Shown piece by piece: positions 38,842-53,066 of a stretch of 64,000 nt of DNA. A program made the position numbers and the translations under genes. The notes beneath the pieces are model-generated. The model searched no databases, was not told where the DNA came from, and saw nothing but the letters and a program-made list of their open reading frames with translations. Source of the DNA: Vermamoeba vermiformis (lineage: Eukaryota); the NCBI GenBank assembly GCA_045837725.1, contig JBEWZL010000260.1, positions 558,001 to 622,000 on the forward strand, written 5' to 3'. Position 1 is the first letter of the stretch, and each line of letters starts with the position of its first letter.

Positions 38842-41800
38842 ATGCAGCGAGGCAAGTCAATATTTAATCAGCCGAATTGGGCCGCGACAACCACTGCAGA
38901 TCAGCCCCAGCCACACCACCAGACCATGTCTCGCGCACCCACCACCGCCGCACGCACTAGTCCTCACGCTGTGCCCGTGCAAACACCTGTCGCGCGCACG
39001 AGTCCTGCAGTGTACCAGCCCCAAGCACACGTGTCGCACAATCAACCAGGGCCTGTAACCACCGCTGCACCGCCCAAACGTCAACTGCCGCAGCGCAACA
39101 CGACGTCATTCCCGTACAGTGTGGGGGCCAAGCTGAGTGCTCCGAAGGGTCCTGCACCGCAAGTGACACCTGTCACTCACGCACCACCGCCACAAGTCAA
39201 AGGTCCACCTGTCGCTAATGGACCTCCACAACATGCAAATCACGTGCCACCGCGTGTCAATCCCCCGCCACAACAGCAAGTGACACCTGTCAATCCCGCA
39301 CCACCACCGCAAGTCAAAGGGCCACCGCTCAACACACACGCTCAACCAGGGCTTAATCAACCGGCCAATCAGCCCCCACCGTCCTACCCACAGCAGCTGT
39401 CACACGGCAAAGTGCCACCGCCACAACAAGCAAAGTCCGCTGCTGGTCACGTGACTGGCCCCGCACCGCGCACTGGACCTCCGCAACAGCCGCCGTATCA
39501 CATTGTGCACAACTACTCCACCAATCAGAGTGCGGTACCTCCGACCAATCAATCAGGGCCAAAACTACCCCTTGCCCCGCGAGCACAGGTCAATCAACCA
39601 GGGCCCAATCAACCAGGGCTCAATCAACCAGGGCCCAATCCTCCTCGTCCCTCACACGCTCCACCTCAGTCAGTGCAGCCAAAAACAGCCCCGCGTCCTG
39701 TCCCTGCCAATTTATCTCGTTCAGCACCGAGTGTGACACCTGTCAATCGAGCACCTCCACCACAGCCCCAACCACCTCCACCGACCACTTTGCACCGCTC
39801 AGCCCCCGTGAAGCCGAATGAGAGTGATGCGAGTGCGCTGGACCAAGACACGGTGTGGGCGCTGAACACGTTGAATCAGTTTGACCCGACTGAGTTGTCC
39901 ATCTATCAGCCCACACCTGCCACTGCTCACAAGTCTGGCGACAGTGCGCCGGGTGCATCGAGTGCGGAGGTGGTGGAGCCAGTGCCGGTCAGCGAGGCTC
40001 AGTCGCTGTTCAACGACGGGGACAGCTCGTTTGACATTGAACTCGCCAAGTTTGCAGATCTGTTGGACGACAATGGCGTGGTGATGCCGAGCAATGCTAA
40101 CAACAACACAACTGCGACCAAGAGTGTGGTCAGTGGCACTTCTCATGGTGTGCAGAGCAAACAAGACGTGCTCGAGCTGCAGCAACAGAATCAGCGTCTG
40201 AGTGCCGAGATTGATTCGCTGAAACACAACTTGACCGCTGCTGAACAAGATCGACGCCTGGCCACCAATGAACTCGCTGCAGTGAAGAAGAAGCTGCAGA
40301 GTGTAAGTAGTACGTGATGTCATGCAGCAACTAATCACGATTCAGCGCGAAGATGAGTGCGCGCGTCTGAACGAGCAAGTGAAGCAGAAAGACAAAGAGA
40401 TAGAACGCCTCAAAGCAGTCACCACGAGTGATGCACAGCGCGAGGTGCAGAAGTTGATGCGCCAACTGACCACCAAACAGCGTGAGGCTGAGGGACTGCG
40501 CAGCGATCTCAACTTCAAAGAGAAGGAGATTGTTGAAGCACACGCCCTCAAGCAGACCATGGACAAGGAGCTCAGCGAATATCGACTGCAGATCAGCAAG
40601 CTCAAGCAAGAGCTCACCAGTGCCAACAAGAGCATCATGGAGCTCAAGCGCAGTCACGACAAGTTGCAGGCCTCCACTGAAGTCACGCGCGGCATGAAGC
40701 GAGAGCGCGAGGACAAGACGTCCAGCGACGAACCTCCGAGCAAACTGGCCAAGACGAGCAACAACAATCGCTTCACGAACACCACGCACAGTGTGTTGCA
40801 CGACAGTGGCCAGTATTTGACGAACAAACTCGTGTCGGTCAGCAACATTCTCTTCGCACTGCCCAGCACACTGCGCGACGATGCATTGCTCAATGCAGTG
40901 AACAGCAGCAATCCGCGCCGCCTGTCAGACACACTCGACGAGCTGTGCACCAAGCTCGAGAACAAGACGCGCGAGTGTTTGTTGGGCCACACTTCGGTTG
41001 AGACTCTGATGCAAGTGCTCGAAGAGATCGTCTTGTTCAAACACGTGGCGGTACGTAGTGTTATGATTGACACCTGTCATACTGAACTTTGACTGACACG
41101 TGTCACATATCACTAGCTCGGTGGATTTGTGAAGGTCCTCGAAGTGTTGATCACCATCCTCGCTACCAGCAAAGAGTGTCGCTTGATGGTGCTCAACAAG
41201 CAGAAGAAGAGCGATCGATCGGCACTGTTGACAGTAGCGCTAGTGCCCTCCGCGAACAATGCCCTGGCGCAGACTCAGAACCCGCGCATCAGCATCACTT
41301 CAGCGGGCAAGACAGTGGCTACCGCACCGAGTGTCAGTGCTGCTCAGCCTGCGAGTCCAGGGCCCCACTCGCGTCTGATCGAGGTGCTCATTGATCACTT
41401 GAAGAGCTTTGTAGACCTCGTCGCGCAACAGCAAGAGAAGAACGAGCAGCAGAGCAGTGCGATCATCAAGCTGCTGAGTGTGTTCAACATCCTCAGCTGG
41501 GACTGCGAGCACAACGATCTCGTGCAGTTCAGAGCACTGCTGATGACAGGTGTCATGGAGTCGTTGCTCAACACGAAGCGATTCTGTCATCAGATCAACG
41601 CACTCGCGCTCAGTCTGCTCAAGGCCATGCTGTCCAGTACGTACTCCGTGGTTCTATCAATGCAGCACTAATCCACTCTGCAGACAAGTCGCTCTTCGAG
41701 TACGCGCGCTCAAACTTGTTGCAGCACGTCAACAGCAACAGCAGCACCATCTCACCGCACACGGGCACACTGCTCGAGCGCATCGTGGTGTTAGTGTCCA

Positions 41801-42605
41801 AAGATCAGGCCTGCGACTATTGGGTGCGTGTCGAGTCCTAGTGTGCGCGAGTGTAACTGACCGATGTTCTATTTTTAGCCGCGTGTTGTGCGTCAAACAG
41901 CAGTGGAGTTGTTGTCCTTCATCGCTGCATATTACGACGAGGGTCTCGATGTGCTGCTGAACATAGTGAATGTGACCGATGAGCTCAAAGACAAGTCGAT
42001 CGATCAGAGTGTCTATTTGAACCGCGACGGCAACAACAACAATAATTCCGTCGATCTCTCCATTGATCTCAACATGTCAGTCGTTGACAGGGCACAGCGC
42101 AGTCGGCTGTTGATCGATCCCAACAAGACCACAGCCTTCCTGTCGCGACTAGTGCTCATCTTGTTCCACGAGTTCAACGCGCTGTACGAGAGTTATCACT
42201 GCCATTCTTCGCCGCACAGTGCCGCGACTGACACGGCGGATGACACGATATTTGGCGAGCCTCAGCGGTACGTTACAGCTGACAGTTACAATTGTCTGGC
42301 GACTAACATTGTGTTCGATGACTAGCAAGGAGCTGATCAAAGAGATCATCGAGCTGTTGTTGCGCATCAGCGGCAAGTTGAATTTGAAGAGTCAATTGAG
42401 CTCAGTACAACACCAACTCGTCAGTGTATTGACCAAGTAAGTGCTCAACATGTAACTTGACCGAGGCAAGTGACTAATCATAGTGAACAGGATCATACAA
42501 AGAGATATTCCGAAAGAGCTGGATCTGGTGGCTGATCAGGCCCAGATGTTGAAGGCCTTGTTATGGGACTACGATGACCTCTCGCAAGTCAAGTCTCAGT
42601 TGTAA
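38842..42605 (+). CDS. ATRIP-like protein with long Pro/Gln-rich N-terminus (start uncertain)
   Basis: Pro-rich low-complexity region, then a coiled coil with LRSDLNFKEKEIVE (resembles the ATRIP coiled-coil motif L.SEL.FK..E), then a helical-repeat C-terminus over several exons. Confidence 0.45.
39591..39640 (+). repeat. 15-bp coding tandem repeat (caatcaaccagggcc x ~3; NQPGP/NQPGL)
   Basis: Directly visible; a further copy lies near 39342-39362. Confidence 0.8.
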
Positions 42606-42677
42606 ATTGTTCTATTGTAAATGTACATAAATCACACAGAGTTCGAACTACTATTTACATCCCTTATGATACATTGA

Positions 42678-45600
42678 CTACGAGTCCGAGGACTGCTCTT
42701 CACTGTGCTTCTGATTGTCGTCCTCTACTACAACTACATCGTCTTTGGTACTGTGCTCACTGCTCTGCTCTGCACTCGCTTCCTCTTTGTCAAACTCGAG
42801 ATCCAAGTCCTCGCTCACTTCACCAGGCTTCAACTTCTCTTTGACTTTAAACACTTCAATGTCGGCCCCTGCGCGTGTCAGCACATCGATCCACACCTTC
42901 TGCTTGTCGCTCAACTTGTCGCGCGGGCCTTTCACTTCGACAAACTTGGCGCGTGAGGGTCCTGCCTGCCACAGAATCAGATCTGGCAGTCCCGAACCAC
43001 TGCGCGAATAATCGCGTGCAAATCGATTGAATATCGCGGACAGTACTGCACCTCCCACACAGTGCGCGATAGTCACGAGTTCTGACAGCTCCCAGTGCTT
43101 CCAATTCAGCCCGCGACACAACGTGCCTAATCGTGGTATTAATACAGAGCTAACCAGTGTCCCCTCAATACACACCATTGTACGCGTTCCAAGCGTGAGT
43201 GAGCAGATCTCGGACTGGCGACGAGTAGAGCGAGTGATCAGCGCTCTCTTCATCGCTGCTCGTGCCGTGTTCAATGAGGGACAAGCGCTCTTCAATCACA
43301 TCGCTGCGATTGTAGTAGAACGCTTCGGTGTTCAAGTCCAGTGGAGCATCTGTTCGCTGTTAGTACACATACAGCTTCATCAGAGGGCAAATACCTTGAT
43401 AGGGCGTTTGAAATACAAAGGGCACATCAGCGCTGTAAATAATGTCCCAGAACAGCAGCGTGAACAGTGCGCGGAATACTTCGCCTTCGCTGTGCATGCC
43501 GTGCCAGCCACCTTTCAGTTTGTAGAACTGCAGCGCGAGTTCCTGTAAAAGATTGGTAAGTAATTGACAGAAATCTGAAGCTAAACAGTACCTCGACACC
43601 ACACGGCGCGCCATTGTAGCCCACGAATGCAGACTTGCGGCCAGACACTCCACCAGGGCGCGTTGAGCCCTGCACGAGCACTGAGCGCGGTGCTTTGAGG
43701 GACAACACCACGCTGTCTGCTGCAGGTCCAGACCAGTTGTGTTTGCTCTTGCCCAGTCTCACTAGTCGCTGTTCAAGTGTCAAACGACAAGCACGTGACA
43801 GCGCTCTGTCACCGAGACCTTTTTGACACGTGTCAAATGCTTTCTTTTTGTTGTTCGTGTGTTCCAAATTGAGCGCCAGTCTGTTCCACCAATGCCCTCG
43901 TTTGTGCGGCACATAAGGCAGTGCTAACAACAGCTCCAAGTACTTGATGGCAGTTTTGTAGTCGCGAAGTCGTTCATGAAGCGAGACACCCACGTGTACC
44001 TAGCAGCAAGCGTTGTTAAATGATGGGTAGTAAATAATAAACACAATCGTGTACCATAGCAGCGTAGATCCAACCAGCGGTGAATCGGCGCAAGAACAAT
44101 GTTGGACCGAGGTCTGGTGCGACACTCGCAGCGTGTTGTTCATCGGACTGTTCTTGTTTCACCTTCTCTGGCTTGACTTTGCTCTTCTTCGTCTTGTCTT
44201 CCTTGGTCTTGGTCTCTTTCTTCACTTTCTTTTGCTTCTCTTTGACGGGAGAGGACGCACGAGATGAAGCACGTGAAGAGGCACGTGATGTGTCATCGAG
44301 ATCAATGACTTCAATCTCGTGCGGTTGAAAGTGACTGACCTCCGCTTGCAAGGCCTCCACTGCTATGTCGAGCAGCGCTTTGACTTGCGCGAGAGTCGCA
44401 TCGTCGTACTTGCCATTTTTGGCATGCTGTTTGGTGCCTGGTCCATCGCCAAAGCTGAGTGAACTCATCTCAATGCTCTCACCAGTCTCTTTGCCCATCA
44501 ATGCTGTCATTTGTTGTGCGAGTTCGAGTGCTGCTTCGTACTTCAAGAGGTGATCACGTGATGCAAACACCGAGCAGGGCGTGTATGTCTTCCAATTCAC
44601 AAACTGATTCGCGATCAATGTCGACTGAGGCACCACATTGGTCGTACTATTAGTGTTGTTGGTGTCACTATCAGCAACTGCGGACTCATTCGTGGTGATA
44701 TTCGTGTTGGCATTCGTATTAAGATTCGTGTTGTTGTCCTCGTGCTTGGTGATGTAGATCGGATATTTCACTTTGCCGAAATTGACTAAGAAGATTGTCG
44801 TGGCATCTTCATTGCGATTCAAAAAGAACAATCGATGTGCCCTTTGGAACACGTGTTTGGACTCTTCGGTGAGTCTGCAGATTCTGTTAGTCTACAATTG
44901 CAGATATTTCACCGAACTTACTTCAAGCAGGGTCCAGTGAGAGCGATGATCTGACGCATCCAGTGGTCCACGCGCGATGTGGTCGGTGAGGTCATGTAGC
45001 TGAACAGCGTCGATTGCGACTTGACTTTAAGTGAGCTCTCGAGTGCTGCCAACAGCTCGTCTTTGCGTTTGACTTTTTGTTGACCGGCAGTGTGACTCTT
45101 CAACAGCTGTGCGAGCTGAGCTGTGGTCAACATGCTCGCCAAGTCAATGACATCTGATTCACTGAACGACTTTGACGCGCCATCAATGGACACAGCAAGA
45201 CCACGTGCCTGCATCTCGTTGCGCGGAGATACAATGTCGGGAATTTCACGATAAGTAGTCTCGAGTTTGGTCTCTTGGAACCAAGGGCCCTTGCGATAAA
45301 ACAGTCGAATGTAGAGTCGCTGCGTGTGTTCAGGCGCGGTCTTGAGTGCATTGATCACCTGCCACTCCTGCTCGTTGAAGAGATGTTTGTCCTTGTCGAG
45401 CACTGTGTCCAGGATCAAAAAGAAGTTGCGCATGTAATAGGACGGCAGTGACTTGTGCGAGCCATTGCTGGCCAGTGTGTCAGTCGAGCCATTCAATTGG
45501 CCCGCGCTGTCAGTGTCTGGCAGTGATGACTGGCGCGCAAAGTGCTCTTGGTTGTCACTCTCGTCGTAGTTGAGTTCTTGCGTCTGTTCGAGTGCTTGAT

Positions 45601-46138
45601 CTTCAAGGACACCGTTCATGGCACTGTCACTCAGCAATATCTCGGCAATGATTGTTATATTCATTGTTTGTGTGGGACGAAATGTCATCGTTATTATGTT
45701 ATTATTGTTGGTAATTGGTGTCAGGTCTGCAGCTTTCACTTCGGAGGTTGAGCGCGACAGTTTTTCGTTGGTGTTTTTGATACTAACACCGCTCGATTCA
45801 CGACTGAGAGGTGTATTGTTCTGGTCACTCTCTTCATCGCTGTCTATGATCGTAATGACGCTGTCAAAATTGAGCTGTTTTTGTACGACAATTTGCTGGA
45901 AGGAACTGTCCTCTGCTTTGTCATTAGTGTTGCTCAAATTCGAAGATGATTTTGCTAGCGGTGAAAAGTATGATAATATCGAGGTCCTAGCGCTGCTTTT
46001 TTCGGCACTCACAACGCGTCGCTTCTTAGTGGCACTGGATCCAGAAGAACTTCGCAAGTCTGTGTCTGAAGCTCGTCGCTTATTTTTGCCTTTGCTCGCT
46101 CCGGACACTTCCCTTTGTAGTGAGTGAAGTCCGTTCAT
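42678..46138 (-). CDS. FAN1: Fanconi-associated nuclease 1 (VRR-NUC)
   Basis: YYMRNF; LYIRLFYRKGPW; FLRRFTAGWIY; RGHWWNRLALNL; GMHSEG; GLPDLILW..FVEVKGPRDKLSDKQ. Confidence 0.93.
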
Positions 46139-46516
46139 CTTTCTCTGGAAAAGGGAATTATTCTGTAAAAAAATTAGAAAAAATTCACAGATCCGGGATC
46201 TGAGCCCGATGAAATTAAAATAACGCGTAATTACGCATTTTAAAATTATTTGCACCAATTCTTACATTGATCAACCGACAATAATTTCCGAGAAATAATC
46301 TGTTATGTGATAATACAACAGATCGCAACAACCTCAACATGTTGCTGTTCTGAGGTGTTGTTATGACAAAATTTTTACTTACTGACACGCAATAATACTC
46401 ATCTCTTGTCTCCGTGTAGCATCACGAGGTGCAACAAAAAAACGCCAAATTTCCCTTCGTATCATGATTTTATGATCGGATAAATAAAACTTTAATTATA
46501 ATACATCTACTACACA

Positions 46517-49002
46517 TCAACTCTTTTCATTGTCAGGTTTTAGCGTGCCTGAATCACCGCGCGGTGTCGGGAAAAAATCATACGCCGGATCATGTCCAAC
46601 GGTGCTGCTGTTAGCAGAGGTGTTGATCTTGCGCGCCTTTTCGGGCTTAATTGGTGTGAGATTGTGCTGCTGCATCTTCAGCTTCTGATTGAGCTCGTTC
46701 TGGAATTCATTCACGTAATTGCTGAGCTGTTTCATCGACTCTTCGAGATCTACATCGTACGTCGAGGTCTTGCTGTTCGACTCCATCAGCTTTGACATGG
46801 CATCCTAGATAATACATTAGCATGTGTAGTGAGGATAGTGCGATCGTACGTACCACGTCACTAAATGCTTGCTCAAACTTGGCTGAAGTTATTTCCTCAT
46901 TTGGATACACGAACCTATTATTATAGCTTAGTGTTTGTTCGCTAACAGCCCCTGACAATGAACGTACTTCAATATATCGAGGTTACTCTTTGACAGCATG
47001 TCTTGGATCGAGTTGTCTAACCACCACCGTTAACATCAATGAGGACTACGAAGACTATTGAACTTACACTTGATGTTGCCGAGCACGAAGCCGTTCTTGT
47101 CGTCCACTTGCACCAACAAGTGCGTGGGTCGCGAGTTGTGATAGCACGTGATGACCAAACAGCCTGGCTTCGTCGTTGAGAATCGCATCACAAATGTGTC
47201 TTCGCGCTTCAAATCAACGATCCACTTGGTGGCCAAACTATTGCCAATGAATCCGTGAATGAATCTGGATACACGCTCGTTAGTCAAGAGTTCGCTGAGT
47301 GCATTGTTGTAACAAACCCGTCGCGATAGAGCGGCATCACACCAGGGTGTCGAATGAGATGTTCGGTGGGCCAGTACCACGCCCAGAACTCGCAGAACTC
47401 GGGCAATGTGATCGCTGACTCCAATTCAACACCGATGACTGAGCTGAAGAACTCGAGCTCTTTTTGATCGAGTCCGCGGCCTGCTTTAGCTTTCAAGTGC
47501 TGCGATATGTCGTCTGTGATCGCTTTGAATGGCACTTTGATGTTTTTGAACTCGTAGTCGAATCGCTGTGTGTATTATTAGTACAGCCAATTAAATATCT
47601 AATTATATCTCCTTACCCCTGTAGCATGACGCATCCAGAATTTGTAGCCCTTAGTGAATATCGGTGTTGAGGTTTGATTCAAATACGACTTGAGCTTCTT
47701 GCGCACATAGGCATCGAAATCTTGCATAGAATTGTGCAGTTTGAGCAGTTCATCAGTAATATAACTTGTTTTTGGTCGTAGAGTTGGCTCATAATTGACA
47801 CATTCACCGGCGAGTTTGAAGAACGGTGGCGGACATTGATCGAGCTGTGCTTTGAATTGTTTGCTGATTTCATGCGTCAATAATGTCAGTTACTACGAGG
47901 ATTACTGCTTACCGCAACAGCTCTGGATCCACCAAGAAGATGAGTTCTTTCTTAGATTTTTGATAAGTCATCGCTAGTCGAATGTCTTCACCGTCCCCTG
48001 CAACAATGCGTCAGATCTGCATGTGACAAATGAGTTATTGCGTACCTCGAATAATAAGCTCTAACAATAATACACCAAAGCTGAATACATCAGCGGACTG
48101 ATCGTAGTGCAATGTGCTCACTTCAGGCGCTTTCCACCAACACGTGCCCACTTCAGACATGGGCTTGCCGTCCTTGGTGAACAGTCGTGACAAGCCAAAG
48201 TCACTCACTTTGCATCGCCCAAAGCCGTCTTCTGTTGACTCGCTCGGCTCGACCTGTACACCGGTTATCAAGTGAAATTTAATTGTGAATTGGCTGAGTC
48301 CTACCAAGATATTTTCACTCTTCAAGTCGCGGTGAATGCAGTTCTTATTGTGCAAATAGAGCATCGCGACAGCAATGTCCACTGCCATGCGAATGCGACT
48401 GCCCCACGAGAGCTCAATGTTCTGGTCCATTAATATCTTGCACAGACTGCCACCGCGCACAAATTCAACGACCAAAAAGTAGTCATCCTCTGTTTCACTG
48501 ACTCCCATAAATAATACAATGTTTGGGTGCCGTAGACTCCTGTTAAAGAGGTCAATATGGGTACAACACCGAAATATAAATTTTAATTTTGGGTGGAATT
48601 ATATTTTTTCGATAAGTAGCTCACTCTTACTTTAGCATTTTTACTTCATGTTCAAATTCGCCGTTTTTTGAAAATTTTTTCGGAATTTTTTTGATCGCCA
48701 CTTGTAATCCACTGTAAGTTCCTTTGAACACTCTACCAAACGTGCCTATATAAAATATTGATTAGTGGTGTATTAAATTGGCTGATTATAATAATTTAAA
48801 TTTGTAAAGAGCAGATCTTCAAAAAAAACGGCGTTGAGAAATTCGGAATAAATATCCGTCTAAAAAGCCGAAACTGCTACAATTAATTAGTGCATTGCTA
48901 AATATAATTACCATGACCAATTTCGGGGCCGATAGTAATATTATTAATTGGGATGCTGTAGTCTTCAGGAATGGCCTCTAAATCGTCAGGTCCGTCAGCC
49001 AT
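46517..49002 (-). CDS. TKL-family protein kinase with C-terminal SH2 domain (Shk-like)
   Basis: IGHGTFGRVF, VAIK, LRHPNIV, IHRDLKSENIL, DFGLSR, APEV, DVFSFG; SH2 segment FIHGFI..DTFVMRFSTTKPGCLVIT. Confidence 0.88.
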
Positions 49003-49379
49003 TCTCGTAAATAATCAGCCAATATTATAATTATGCAAATAGCACTCGAGTGGTAGTGCTCGTGGTTGGTAATTAGATAAACACAAAAATGGTCGGCTGT
49101 AAATTTCGTTAGGGAGATTACACAAGATTTTCATCTGGCTCCACGACTCAAGTAACTAATGAACATAACATGTGTTTTATTAAATGGGCATCTGCAAACC
49201 GTTGTTAATTGTTGCTTCTTACGCCACTTCGACTTCGACTAAGAGCGGGTTTATAGTTTGATTCTTCGGGTCGTACGTACTTGAATCTTGATCACTTAAT
49301 TGTCGCTAGTGTTCTGCAGCGCAAAGATTCTGCATCTTAGGTCAGGGAACTGATTTGTTGTCGAAACGAAATGAATCGT

Positions 49380-52300
49380 AGGTTTTGTTATCTTTGAACG
49401 AACAATACGCACACCATTATGCGAGTGATGAATTAGCCAGGTCATTTAAAAGAACGCATGACATGGACGCGAATACAAAATCTGTTTTAGAAAAGCTGAG
49501 ACGAGATTTTGAAGAGGGAGAAGATCTAAAATTTTTGGCAAGTATTTTTGCTTAATCGCTATACATTATATTAAATATGCAATTAATCGGTATGGTTAAT
49601 TGTGTTAAATACGATTTGATTCAATTAAAGTCCGAAATAATCAATGACAGAATGGGAGTTAAAAACAAATTGATTTTTATGCAAAGATTTCGCAGTAATA
49701 ATGCATGCTTAGATTATATATACATAGAGTAACATTTTGTACACATTTAACTAACTAATTTTTTCGTTCAAACAGCAACAGGTAATGATCGGCGACGCAA
49801 ATTCGCGTATTTAATCAAGCACGCTACCCGCAGTAATATATATGGATTTCGAGTGCCGTTAGTAACAGAGTGTTATGTAGGTCAGTCGCATATCTGTTTA
49901 TTTCAAAACGGATCCAGGATGGACAGATTTCGTGCCGTGCATGTTGATTATCACCAACTTTCAATTAACCTTCTCATTTACCGATGAATCTATCAACACT
50001 ATCAATGTAAGTCGTATTCGAAAAGAATTCATTGGTACTGACTCTAGATCTAGGTTCCCATCACATCGATTGACAGCTGTTCGCGCAAGTCAAAGTCGCG
50101 CAAGTTGAATTTATACTGCAAAGACTTCCGCAGTCTCATCCTGCAGTTCCAATCCAATCCCGAGCTCGACATGGTGTACAAACACATTGGCAAGTACATC
50201 AAGTTCAAAGACCCCTCGGTACTGGCCTTTGCATTCTGGTACACGCCTGTCGCTGCTGACCCGGGCTGGACCATGTTTTCACCGCTCAAAGAGTACGAGC
50301 GCATGGGTCTGAATGCCTCCAACGGTCTGTGGCGCATTAGCGAGTGCAACATGAACTACACCGTGTGTGACTCGTACCCTGAGCTGTTGTGCGTGCCGAA
50401 AGACTTCACCGACCAGAACATTCGTGCTGTTGCCAAGTTCCGAGTGAGTACCCAGTGAAGTCGTGTCTGTCTAATGCTAATGATCGGCGATCACAGAGTC
50501 GAAATCGATTGCCCGTGCTGACGTGGCTCGACAATAGAAACACCACTGATTACACACCACCTGACCGTGACACGCGTCGATATGCATCAATCACGCGCTG
50601 TTCTATGCCACTCGTCGGAGGTGAATATTCGAATCTTTCCGTCAACCTGTCATTCTAAAACAATTTTCCAATTTTAGTCTCTGGCTCACGTAACTACCAA
50701 GACGAGTCACTAGTCACCATGTTTTTAATGTCCAATCCGCGACAACAATCAGTCTCAATTGTGGACTGCAGACCTCGCGCCGTTGGGTATGCACAGTTTA
50801 ACATTTATACGGAGTATTCTAACAAATTACTGGATCTTAGTGTGGGCAGTCTTGCTAACGGTGGTGGCTATGAATTCGGCTCTGGCTACGAGAACTGCAA
50901 AGTCAGCTTCATGAGTGTGGAGAATATTCACGTCATGCGCGAGAGTTTTGCGCAGCTGTTTGCTCTGTTGCAAGACGCGAAGAAAGGCACGAGCAGCTGG
51001 TATTCAAAACTGGAGTCAGCGTCGTGGTTCAAACACTTGCGTCTGATAATGCAAGCCAGCATGCGCGTCGTAGAGATTGTAGAGCGCGAACATGGCTCAG
51101 CACTGGTTCACTGTACAGATGGCTGGGACCGTACTTCACAAATCACTAGTCTAGCACAACTCTGTTTGGATCCGCACTACAGATCCATCGAAGGATTCTT
51201 ACTGTTGATTGAAAAAGACTGGTTGTGGTTCGGTCACAAATTCCAAGAACGTACCTTCGGCCACGAACGATCACCAGTGTTCTTGCAGTTCTTGGACTGT
51301 GTGCATCAAATCATGCACCAATATCCCTGCTCCTTTGAATTCAATCAGCAGTTACTCGTCTTCTTGGTCGACAGCTTGTACAATTGTAGATTTGGTACGT
51401 GAAGTGGGACTAGAATCAATTTGATCTGACGTTTGACTAGGCACATTTTTGCACGACACACCGAAGGAACGAGTGGAGAATAAAACGATGCAAAAGACAC
51501 TGTCCGCTTGGTCCTACATTCTGAACAACAAGCGACAGTTCTTGAACCCCTTCTACAAGCACCGCAATGAGACACTATATCCAGCCTACAGCGAGAAGAA
51601 GATCGTGTTCTGGATCGAGTACTACATGCGCTGGACTTCCAATCCGTTTGAGACTGTTGAAGACATTGCCATGAAACAACTCGAACGTGCCGAAGCCAAA
51701 TTGCTGCAACTGCAAGCCACACTTAGTCCTTCACAAGCGGAACTCGTATGTAGTATTGACACCTACTTTGAGCATCAATTCTAACGACTACTGCAGCTCA
51801 AACAAGTCATTGACGAGTTCCCCTACCTGTGCGATTCTAAATTGCGACAGCCAAGTCTGGCCACGAGCGGTGAAGGGTTTAAACGCCCTGCGAAGCCATT
51901 TGGTACATTAGGCAAAGGAACAGGCAAGAATACACTAGGCAAGAGCGGAGGACTCAATGCCGATGTATTCTTGTCTTCACATCGCGACAGTGACGCACAG
52001 GAGCGCGCAGATCTGTTCATATCGGGTGACATACCAGAAGAGTTGCCTGAAATGGACCCAGCTGTTGAGTTCCAAGTGATGGACCGACGCGAACGACAGC
52101 GCAACAGATTGGAGTCCACTGAGTTCTGTGAATGGGAGCAGAACCGCAAACTCAATGTCAACGCGACAATTTTGCAAATCTCGTCCAAGAACAAAGCAGC
52201 GATGCAAATGTTCAAGGACATTGACGAGACACTCGACGACAGCGATGACACTGAGCAGAACTTTATGTACGATGACGACGCCACCAATGACGACGACGAA

Positions 52301-52891
52301 CCCACGCAGCCCTCACCCGACACACCCACACCACTGCATCAGAAAGTGCTCATGCGCGAGAACGACAAAGCTGCTGCTCGACGTAGTGGCCTGTTGCTGA
52401 CCAATTCAGCGATGTACTTCCAGTCAGGCCCTGAAGAGAGCAATGACGTCGAGCACGATCTGGCCCCGAGTGCCGTGAAACAAATTAACGCCGTGGCTGC
52501 ACCGCCCAAAGTGTTGCCCAAAGCACCAGCTCCACCAGCCAAAAAACACGCTGCCGTCAAGAGCTTCACACCGCCTAAAGTCGCACCACCAATGCCACCA
52601 AAGGCTCCAAGCAATCACAAGTCTATGCAGCCCAACACAGCGCTCACCATTCCCGCGCAGAGTCAAGCGCACTCGCCGCCACAACAGAACGGCGCTGTCT
52701 CACCGCGCAGTGGCCAATCACCACCTCCACCCCCGCGCGACACCAAGCCCACGCTGTCACCACGACCAGGGCTCAAGACCTCGCCCTCACTGCCACACTT
52801 GCCGAGCATGAACGGCGTCACGCACAACGGGCCCACTTCACCACGCGGGGCTGAGGGTCCTACTACGGTCAAACTGCCTGCCAAGAAGTAA
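49380..52891 (+). CDS. Myotubularin-family phosphoinositide 3-phosphatase with Pro-rich tail (start approximate)
   Basis: PH-GRAM-like region (LYCKDFR); YTVCDSYP; RLPVLTW; ENIHVMRES; active site VHCTDGWDRTSQ; SPVFLQFLDCV. Confidence 0.93.
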
Positions 52892-53066
52892 TCCGCTTGC
52901 GTGACATGTACTTGTAATCCTATTTATTAATCAGCACTGCAGTGTTGGTCCTATGTAATATAAACCCAAATCGAGAATGAAATGGCGAAATCTCCTTCGT
53001 GTCGAGACATTAAAATTTCAAGCAGTTAATATTTCAAACAATCATTAGCAATACAACACTAGACAA

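Noticed and set aside
46315-46365. Imperfect hairpin upstream of FAN1
   Set aside because: Short and low-complexity (caa/ttg); not distinguishable from chance.
51100-51140. Myotubularin active site CTDGWDR instead of CSDGWDR
   Set aside because: Conservative change; catalytic Cys, Asp and Arg are intact.
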